A stretch of DNA of 63,998 bases, filler included, from Stramenopiles sp. TOSAG23-3 (lineage: Eukaryota): assembly GCA_900128585.1 (NCBI GenBank). It is 17 parts of 17 records of this genome, joined end to end, with 100 filler letters (N's around TTAATTAATTAA, not from the genome) between each part and the next. Parts side by side here need not be neighbours in the genome. Positions count along the whole stretch, not along the records: positions 53,049 to 56,723 come from LT644127.1; positions 56,824 to 60,497 come from LT644128.1; positions 60,598 to 63,998 come from LT644245.1; 14 more parts are not named here. One strand, given 5' to 3'. The position numbers and the translations under genes were made by a program. Of this stretch, positions 55,590-63,998 are shown piece by piece (the stretch's first letter is position 1; each line of letters begins with the position of its first letter). Under the pieces are notes generated by a model. It had not been told where the DNA came from. It did no database searches and saw only the letters and a list, made by a program, of their open reading frames with translations.

Positions 55590-56723
55590 TCATTTGATTC
55601 CCTCCATCCACACTGGCAAAGGTGCGGTTTTTGCAAAACTATAGTAACGCGCCCCGTCGTCTTGGCTGTCCGTTTCAGAATTACCCAACGCTCTGCTGAT
55701 CCGTAGATCCCTGCGCGGTCCAAAATTGTGTTTGCAATGCTTGTCCCATGATTCAAATTTTCGCTTTAAATTCGGTTCCAGTGACACTGGGCTCTGTCTA
55801 TCCCCGTCAATTCGAACAACCCTATCGTTTTCTTTATGGTAAATTGCATACTCATATTTGTCGTCCGTAGCATAGTAATTTGAATTCTCAAACGCCTCGT
55901 AGAGGCGGGAAAAAAGTGTCCCGATGTACTCCTTGTACTGTACCTTCAGGATTTGTGATGAGTAACCAATGATGTCGGTGGAGAGCATGTCGCGAGCGTT
56001 TGGGAGAGTCTCTCCCATCTCTACCATTTTTTTCAGGCATGCGGCCACGTACTCAGCGGGGAAACACCTGCCTGGCTTAAAATGCGCCAGACAATCATTT
56101 CGCAGCGTATCCGCAATTGTGGGTGCTAAAATCGTTTGCAAATGCAGTTGAAATTGCGAGGGAGGGCTATTGAAAACAAGCAACAAATCACTTTTGCAAA
56201 TCTGTTCGACCGTTCGAGGCTGCTGTTCGCCGACCCTCCCAGCTGCTGATCTAAGATTAGGGAGAGACAAGAATTGCGACTTCACTACCCCAGTAGCAGA
56301 TGCCATCATCTCGTTGCAAAGTTTCAAGCCTTCCCCCGGGTGTTCGAACAAGTAGTGCACATGCGGAATGTATGCCCCAGTGAATACAGCACAAAGGTGC
56401 ACGGCACTCATAGAGTTCATATCATCCATCACTATCATATTTTTGGTTTCTTTCCGAATGTAAAGAGACAAGGGTCGCTTGGGAAGCTTTGCGACACCAA
56501 ACACGAAACACGCAAAAATATTGAGTGTAAGCGCTACTTTTTCCTTCGATATGTCGTGTCCGCACCCGTTGCAAGCCACCATCACAACCCCACATGATTT
56601 CCCGCACATGGGACAGACTCTAACCTTATTTTTCATTTGCATTTGAAAAAGCTCCACCAGCTCTGGGGAATTTTGACGCAACTCCTGAAGCTTCGCGTCA
56701 ATGAATTTTTGGGCGGTTCCATT
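55590..56723 (-). CDS. Zinc-ribbon plus HIT/DcpS-like domain protein; 5'-truncated
   Basis: CPMC...CNGC; SAVHLCAV; FNSPPSQFQLHLQ resembles the F-H-x-P-P-S-x-x-x-L-H-L-H motif of DcpS/aprataxin-like HIT folds. Confidence 0.6.
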   Translation of the reverse strand, partial: NGTAQKFIDAKLQELRQNSPELVELFQMQMKNKVRVCPMCGKSCGVVMVACNGCGHDISKEKVALTLNIFACFVFGVAKLPKRPLSLYIRKETKNMIVMDDMNSMSAVHLCAVFTGAYIPHVHYLFEHPGEGLKLCNEMMASATGVVKSQFLSLPNLRSAAGRVGEQQPRTVEQICKSDLLLVFNSPPSQFQLHLQTILAPTIADTLRNDCLAHFKPGRCFPAEYVAACLKKMVEMGETLPNARDMLSTDIIGYSSQILKVQYKEYIGTLFSRLYEAFENSNYYATDDKYEYAIYHKENDRVVRIDGDRQSPVSLEPNLKRKFESWDKHCKHNFGPRRDLRISRALGNSETDSQDDGARYYSFAKTAPLPVWMEGIK

Positions 56724-57097
56724 NNNNNNNNNNNNNNNNNNNNNNNNNNNNNNNNNNNNNNNNNNNNTTAATTAATTAANNNNNNNNNNNNNNNNNNNNN
56801 NNNNNNNNNNNNNNNNNNNNNNNTGAGGAGAGGAAAACACAACAGAATTCGCTACTCTATTTTTGGTAATACACAAGCCTTGAAGAGAAGAAGCTCTGTT
56901 TTTTCTGTTATTATTTTATATCGCGAAAGATTAACCGAAGAACTTAATCACCAAACAAAAAATATTGCCTAGGTTGTTCTCAGGCGGCGAATTGGAAACT
57001 GGTCTGGTCGTCCAGTCTCGCAGCGTTAAACCGCAATAAGTAAGAGCGGGCTGGAGTCGTTATTTTTGACAGGCTTACCTCCTCTGATATCTGGAAG

Positions 57098-60000
57098 ATG
57101 TCCCTGACTAGGCCAAAAATGAGACGGGAAGGGACTGGCGTCAATAGTTTTTTGCAGGGTATGTCTTCGAGTGAACCGAAGAATTCTGCCATCGCTCAAA
57201 AGAGGGCGGAATTTGAAGCCCAGAGAAAAGAGCGGGCGGATGCAAGGGAACTGGAAAGGGAAGGTCATGAAGAAGCCCGGCGGGCCACTACTGAAGCCAA
57301 CGAAAAACTTGGTGAGGCAGGGACATATCGTGAGTGGACAATTGTGTACGACCCTCAAAGTCACGCAAATTATTACTACAACAATTTTAGCGGGGCCTGC
57401 GTGTGGGAAGAACCAGACGATTTTAAAGTTAGTACGAAGACCGGAAGACCAATAGCAGCGATAAAACTTTGGGCGGCTCGCCGCATGCAAGCAGTGTTTA
57501 GAGGCCGACGAGGACGCTTTAACGCACTAATGAAGCGTGCAGAGGAAGTTTATGAAGACGAACAAACACACACACACGGTGACTGGGTAGAGGCCTACGA
57601 TCCGCACCACCATGCAAAATATTATTACAATCACAGTACTCACGATGTCTCTTGGGAACCACCGGAAGGCTGGGTCGCGACTGAGTTTAATACTATTGAC
57701 GTGGATAAACACGCTGCCCAGCAAAGGTATAATGGGGCGGCCCCCGTCAGAATGTGGAGGCCACGAGCAGCCACAAAAATCCAATCGGTTTATCGTGGCC
57801 ATTTGGCCCGAAGACACGTCCATGCAATACGCGAAAACAAGCGGTTGCAGCATATTAGAAAACCAAAAATGACCGAAGAGGTCCCAAAAGACCAAGATTT
57901 TAGTGGGGCCGGTGAGTATGCCAGAGAAGAAATGCGGCGATTGGGGGATTTGCTTCATGAGAATAACCAGAGGGTGAAAAAAATGGAGGAAAACATATCT
58001 AATCATTCTCATGTCGTTGAAGTAAAAGACGCAAAAATAAACCAGCTGAAGAAGCGTATGGCAATGGACCAGGAAGAAATGCAAAGCCTTGAAAAGCGTC
58101 TTGAGCAGGAAGAGCACGACTTCGAAGAGCTTGTAAAGCTTACCAAGGCTAAAGAAAAAGAGATAGAAGAGAAGAACGAAGAGCTAAAGCGACAACTAGA
58201 ACAAATTACAGGGCACGAAAAAGAATTAGATCGCCACAAGACTATTATTAGACGCCAAGAAAAGGAGTTGGATGCATTAAACCCCGACACCGAGGAAGTT
58301 TGCTTGAGTGCCCGCAGTTTCAGCGAGAACATGGTGATTTCCCTGCGGGACGAGGCTATCGAAGCCAAAGAGAAGCAAATCGCCATCTTGAATGGCCAGA
58401 ATGAGAAATTGTTAGCAAATCTAGACAGTTTAGAGAGTGAAATACATAACATGCAAAAAGATTTGCTTTCAAAGGAAAAGGTCATTCAAAAGAAGACGCG
58501 ATATGGCGAGCATTTAGAGCACAAGATTGACAAACTAGAAAGGGATTTGCAGAAAAAAGGGGGCGAAGAGGCAGCGATTGAAGTGACGAACAGGCAGAAT
58601 CAAAAACAGAGGAGCTTGAGTCTATTAAAATCGATTTGAAAGGGCAAATCCAAAGCGTTGCAGAGCGTCACACTGCTCTGATGCACCAAGCTGCAGAATG
58701 GGAGGCAAAAAACTTACGCCTAGAAGCAGAGAACAGCGATTTGACAAAAAAATTGTCCACAGGGGCAATCACTTGGGAAGGGCAACGAGCTCAAATGGAA
58801 GCAGAAGTGTCGGAAACGAAAAGTATGGCACGTGTGCGTATAGACGCAATGCAAGAAGAACTTCGCACGCGACGGGAAAAACAATACAGCCTTTTGGAGA
58901 GGCTGCAAGCAGCAGAAGAGAGCATGCGGGCATCGGAAGACGAGTGTGAACGGCTTCGCGAAACTGTCAACGTTGTTCAGGAACGTTTGTACGAGTTGGA
59001 TGCTCAATTAATTCAAGCAAAACAGTGGAGGACAGAAGATAAGAGTTCTCAACACGATCTGGAAAAACATCTTAAGCAGCAACTTCGAAACCGAGATGCA
59101 GAAATCAAGAGACAAATAGAGGCAAGCGGCGGAGTTAAACGACAACTGCAGGAGATGGCAGCGACTGTCCTGCAGTTGGTGGAGAAAAACAAAGAAGCGG
59201 ATCAGCGCATGCAGGAAGAGGGCAAAAAAGTCGGGAGTACACAAGCACGGCTGGAAACGCTACAGACAAGAATTTCAGGGCTCATCAAAGAAGGGACTAA
59301 AGAAGGGAAAATGCGCGTTCAAGCAGAAACAACAATCAAAGTGTTGCATGAACAAATGTCAGAGTTACGACGAGGAAATAGACTTTTGACGGATACTGCG
59401 AAAAACAACATTTCTTCGTGGGAGGAGAAAGAAACGAACCTAAAGCGCCGCCTTGCGGCAATCAATGCTCGTCTTCACGGAGAGCAACGGGCTCGGCGCA
59501 GCGCCGTTGTCCGGATCATCGACCGGCGTATTACTACCAGGGCAGAATTAGACGAACGCGAACAGCGCGATCCTTCTGCGGGAACAACGGTAGATTTATC
59601 TAATCTTGGGCTAACAGACGATGAAGTTAGTATGATCTCACCGTTATTTGGGAAGGAGAGTTTATTAGCTCGTCGTTTCGAAACTTTGAATCTCTCATAC
59701 AATCGTTTGGGAGATAAGGGCGCGAATGCATTAGCTAGTTTAATTCGGAGTGGTACATTTCTAGAAACCATTAACGTGAGCGGCAACACCATTTCTGGTG
59801 AGGGTATACGTGCTCTAGCCGAGGGTTTGAGCGGCAGTGGGACACTAGGGATAAAGCATGTCTACGTGCATAAAGATGGGAAAGTGCAAGGACTTGGAGT
59901 TCGAAATCAAGCATGGGTCACCAAGTCTCCCAACTCTATTACGTCAGCAGATGTGCTGGATTCACCTAGAACTGCAGAGACAGTATTGACCGTCGATATG

Positions 60001-60318
60001 CGCAATAACGTTGCCCCAGAGTCAGCCCAGTTGAGCGAATACGAGATGTTGCCGCGAAAGAAACTCCCAGGAATAAAGAGGAAGACTAAAGAAGAGATAA
60101 TTGTAGAGGAAAAGAAAATGAAAGACGATAAATTTTTGGAGCGAGTATATGGGGGGGAGTCGAACCTCAAAGCTGGAGAAAAAGAGCACAATTCTAGTTC
60201 CTTCGGAAACGCCTCGAAAGAGACCTCGAAAAAGAAGAAACCTGGTAAAGTGAAAAGCAGAAGTAAAAAGTCTGAAGGATGGATCTCAAAGCACAATCCT
60301 CTAAAACGCCACAGGTGA
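57098..60318 (+). CDS. WW-IQ-WW-IQ, long coiled-coil, LRR protein; single frame break near 58600
   Basis: W..YD....YYYN..S....W..P twice; MQAVFRG and IQSVYRG IQ motifs; RI-like LRRs LNLSYNRLGDKG; second frame reads ESKTEELESIKIDLKGQ across the break. Confidence 0.85.
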
Positions 60319-60687
60319 TTTAGTAAAATGAAGAAAAATTGGCTGTTATTTTATATATAGTAATTAAAATTAAAGAAAAAAGAAGAGCCAAAATAAGATC
60401 AGCCTTCCCACACAGCAGGCAAAATAAAAAAGCCGTTGATTTACATAGGTAGTTTTAAGTACAAAATATTAGTACCTCATAATCGGGATAGTAAAAANNN
60501 NNNNNNNNNNNNNNNNNNNNNNNNNNNNNNNNNNNNNNNNNTTAATTAATTAANNNNNNNNNNNNNNNNNNNNNNNNNNNNNNNNNNNNNNNNNNNNTAA
60601 ATTTTAATTACTTTGTAGTTTAAATGACAGCCAGTTTTTTGTTTTTTAATTTTCAGAGCAATAACCACCAGTTTTTGGTAAAAAAAA

Positions 60688-61836
60688 TCAGAGCCTCCCT
60701 CGTGCCTCCTCGAAAAGGGGCAAAATCTCTGTCCCTCTTAAAATCTTTCGAACCTCGTTCAGATCGTTTCTCCCGAGGTCGTTGTAACTGTCTCGGATCC
60801 ACCTTAAGCATTTATACTGGTACCGAAAGGTCGGCTGTGACCATAACACACGGCCGCTGTCAACGGTGCATGTAAATTCTTTCTTTCCGCCGGCGTATGC
60901 CTTTCCGTTTGCCAACATGAAAGGGACGTAGAAACGGCCAACTAACTGAAAGATAGTGTGCAAGGTCGGCGGCAAACCCTTGGAAACGTCTACCCACCCC
61001 TTTCCTTCATCCATCACGCTATACCCGGACAGGAACAGGCTCGTTTGGTACCATGCTGAAACGCGCGGCGAGAGTTGCTTTACAAACATCGACGTTGCTG
61101 GGTCCATTGTTATCATGGGATGCAATTGCCCGAGCACTGCAAAATCAGCACTGCTGGGGCGGCTGCCAAGGAGGAAACGGTTCCCGGCCGCCAAGTGGGC
61201 ATCTAGTAGAGTCACAAAGTTTCGAAAAAATGCCTCAATGCTAGGGCCGGTGAGTGCGTTGCTCCCGACCACCTTTAAACGGTCCACTTGCCGCGCTTCA
61301 ACTGATCTTGCTACCTGGTGTATTTTGCTTTCTTTCCCGTTTGGTCCAATGCTGTGATACGCTATCCCCCGTCCCGCAAAACCAGGGTCATGCACCCAAC
61401 GATAGTGATACATACTTTTGGTTAACCACTCGTCGCCAAAATCCTCCAACAAATGGCAAAGAAATCTCAGAGCGCCATGGGTTGCCGAAGGAGGGTAGGT
61501 AGAGCGAGTCCCGGGGTAGTCAGCTTCAAGTTTCCGAATCAGAAACGTGCTGTCGTTCATTACGCTCCCGTCGGGCCACAGCAGTTTCGGAAGTAGCACC
61601 GGGCCTTTAGCGTGCTTTGTTCCGCGTTCTTCGGCCTGGTGCATCACAATAAACCGAAACGGTATTCGGCGATACCGAAGGTACATCATCATTTTAAACG
61701 TATAGGGAGACCCAAGCCCGCCACAAAGCCTTAACACATTTCCATCAACGGCCGGGTCAATGGCTTCCACTCCCCGGTTGTTGTTCAAGTCGTCCCGGTC
61801 CTCGTGGGAAAACTTGGTTGTCTTCAGTGGATCCAT
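60688..61836 (-). CDS. Glutathione S-transferase-like protein, bacterial-type subfamily
   Basis: GSPYTFKMMMYLRYRRIP, LLPKL, NDSTFLIRKLE, LEDFGDEWL...MYHYRW, FLLGSRPSSADFA. Confidence 0.88.
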   Translation of the reverse strand: MDPLKTTKFSHEDRDDLNNNRGVEAIDPAVDGNVLRLCGGLGSPYTFKMMMYLRYRRIPFRFIVMHQAEERGTKHAKGPVLLPKLLWPDGSVMNDSTFLIRKLEADYPGTRSTYPPSATHGALRFLCHLLEDFGDEWLTKSMYHYRWVHDPGFAGRGIAYHSIGPNGKESKIHQVARSVEARQVDRLKVVGSNALTGPSIEAFFRNFVTLLDAHLAAGNRFLLGSRPSSADFAVLGQLHPMITMDPATSMFVKQLSPRVSAWYQTSLFLSGYSVMDEGKGWVDVSKGLPPTLHTIFQLVGRFYVPFMLANGKAYAGGKKEFTCTVDSGRVLWSQPTFRYQYKCLRWIRDSYNDLGRNDLNEVRKILRGTEILPLFEEARGRL

Positions 61837-62178
61837 TTTGTGTAGAATTAGGAACAGGCTTTTATGTTTTCGCCACTTCACACAAATGGGTATGAAATCA
61901 TCAAATAATTACCCTTGGTGGGGGTGGTTGTAGTGGGGTAGATTATTTTATTGGTAATATAACTATTTTTCAGACGAAGAAACAGGTATTAATATCCGGG
62001 TAACCACTTTGGCCAGAAGGAGAAAGGAGACAAAAAAAGTTCTATTTTATTTTTACTATACCAATTTATATTGGGAATTATTACTACAAGTACAATACTT
62101 AAAGTTTTTGCGATACTTTTTTTGTACTTGTACGTCTCTTAATCTTAACTTAATCTCCTATTATTCCTAGAGTACCAT

Positions 62179-63075
62179 CTAAGGTGCAACAGACTTGATT
62201 TTCGCTAAAATGGTCGCCTGAACATTCGGGTCGTACGCGGTTGGATGTAACTTCTGCTCCTTAGTATCACCTTTCGTACTACCAAAATACTTCCCTGTAA
62301 CACCATCAAGTGTTGAACTGGTGGCGCCAAATATTGTGCATTTTGAAGCGGCTTTCGCCGATTTACCATTATCTTCCGTAAACATACATTTAAAGCAACA
62401 AAGGAAACACTTCATTGGCCCTGGGAGCCCACCAAACGAAAGGGAACGGGTCATTACCGTCGATGCCCGCCCTGGAAAAAATACATTCACTGTTATGCCT
62501 TCTTTTTCCAGCTCCTTTGACATAAGCATCGATAAGGATTCCAAGATACTTTTCGAATGTGTATACGTCATTAAACCACGAAAACCTTTCTCCCCAAATA
62601 AATTATTAACATCTATAGCCGCGGGCTTGTCGCCACCTGAAATATTCAAAACTCTTGCTTTACCACCAGCAGCTTTTAATAATGGTAAGACAGACATGGT
62701 TAGGCGTCGTGGCGCAACAACGTTTACCATAAACTCAAGTGGTATGTTGTCTTCATTAACTACTTTTTTATTTCCCATATATCCTACATTGTTTATTAAT
62801 ACGTCGATGCGATCAAGGCGCTCGCACAAATCCGCACTAAGGGCATCCACACCTTTTAACGATGAAACATCCGCAACGATAAATTCAATAGCATCATTAC
62901 CACTTTCCATTTGGATAGTCTTTTGGGCAGCTTCTCCACGTTCTTTGTTTCTTCCGGTGATAATAATACGCGCATCTGATCTTGTTTTGGCAATTCCAAG
63001 AGCACTTTGGAAGCCGATTCCCCCAGTCGCGCCTGTGATGACCACGGTATGATGCGTCACGTTTGTATTAGACAT
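62179..63075 (-). CDS. Short-chain dehydrogenase/reductase (retinol dehydrogenase/WWOX-like)
   Basis: VITGATGGIG, IDVLINNVG, YTHSK catalytic YxxxK, GVTGKYF. Confidence 0.93.
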   Translation of the reverse strand: MSNTNVTHHTVVITGATGGIGFQSALGIAKTRSDARIIITGRNKERGEAAQKTIQMESGNDAIEFIVADVSSLKGVDALSADLCERLDRIDVLINNVGYMGNKKVVNEDNIPLEFMVNVVAPRRLTMSVLPLLKAAGGKARVLNISGGDKPAAIDVNNLFGEKGFRGLMTYTHSKSILESLSMLMSKELEKEGITVNVFFPGRASTVMTRSLSFGGLPGPMKCFLCCFKCMFTEDNGKSAKAASKCTIFGATSSTLDGVTGKYFGSTKGDTKEQKLHPTAYDPNVQATILAKIKSVAP

Positions 63076-63778
63076 CTTTCGTTTTTTCGCCGCAACAAAC
63101 TCGTGTAGAGCAACAACTTGCGGGGCTGTTTTGGTGTTTGTCGCGCTGATTTCTAGCAATGCATGTAGAAAAAGGAAAAGAGGAGGAAGGGCAAGGAGTA
63201 TTATTATTTCTGTTAATTACGATGTTACGAATGAACACCCATGACTCAATATGCATAATATACGATGCTGATGGGCAATTATTACACTGTAATAACAACA
63301 ACCAACCATCATTTTTTTTCCCTTTTTTTTTTGAAAATAATAATAAAATATTACTTCTATGCTGTGTTTATATAATACTGCATTTCAAGTAAATTCCGAA
63401 ATAATAAAATAAATGCGACTATTTATCTTCTTATTACGGATGAAGCGACGTTAAAAGATAGGTATATACCTTACCGGTACCCCCCGATGTTTGGCCAGTA
63501 TAATAGCATTATCGACCATAAAAAAACATAGTCTAAAAAATAATGATGAAATAAGAAGTAAAATAATAATCTAATAATAAATAGTCTAAAAAAAAGAACT
63601 TCTTTTTTTTTAATAATATTGTGTGTGGTTTACTCCAACTCTGTATACCTTAAAATTATTTAATGGCGCCATCGGCAATTTAATTTTGGGCGTATATTGT
63701 GCAAATCTTTTACACCTTTGCATTAAACGAAGCATCACTGGGAATGAAAAAGCTGCAAAGAAATTCTTCCATCGACTT

Positions 63779-63998
63779 TCACTCTACCACCCCAACAGAC
63801 AACACCATAGCTGTTGGTCCTAACATTTGATCTCCCCATGCCCAGTATAGAACTGTAGACGTTTTGCCGTTGATAGTTGCTGTACTGAGATCCATATCAC
63901 TGGTATTTATATTCTTTGCTTTTTTTACGGCGGTCTTGTTGCCTTCTACCACTGCTTTTGTGTCAGGGTGCCAATGTGGGGGCGATACCACTTGATCT
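63779..63998 (-). CDS. 3' fragment of an unidentified ORF
   Basis: Open frame from the window end; coding-like composition; no recognisable motif. Confidence 0.35.
   Translation of the reverse strand, partial: DQVVSPPHWHPDTKAVVEGNKTAVKKAKNINTSDMDLSTATINGKTSTVLYWAWGDQMLGPTAMVLSVGVVE

Noticed and set aside
3702..60597. Regularly spaced identical TTAATTAATTAA motifs at ~3.8-kb periodicity
   Set aside because: Artificial six-frame-stop linkers inside N runs joining size-sorted contigs. For the same reason no operon or gene-cluster inference across linkers is valid.
37580..63781. Genome-wide TGA reassignment
   Set aside because: TGA ends many conserved genes at their expected C-termini (WD40 protein, kinesin, HYPK, GST), and Trp and Cys use standard codons throughout.

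Overview
This is not a contiguous locus. It is about 17 unrelated ~3.7-kb contigs, sorted by decreasing length and joined by artificial N-TTAATTAATTAA-N linkers, so gene adjacency across linkers means nothing. The content is eukaryotic and intron-poor: GT-AG introns with CTAAY branch points, CFAP74, PABP, kinesin, SF3B5, HYPK, organellar L17. It fits a flagellated heterotrophic protist, possibly a stramenopile single-cell or metagenome assembly (inference). There are amplification-type chimeras and homopolymer frameshifts. The main points of interest are: (1) a surface-protein locus at 34.2-37.8 kb, where a secreted six-blade Kelch propeller has a near-identical DNA framework but two hypervariable loops per blade, is fused in frame behind a second signal-peptide gene, is preceded by a ~75-bp minisatellite, and has an in-frame TGA at a conserved Cys; (2) a secreted protein with a bacterial polymorphic-toxin PT-TG-like domain and a cationic tail; (3) choline-transporter-like/TerD and TMEM65/GAF fusions; (4) a dispersed non-coding element, mostly 3' of genes and strand-oriented, on many independent contigs; (5) a shared divergent F-box-like module on two contigs. 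All family assignments come from motif recognition by eye; no searches were run.
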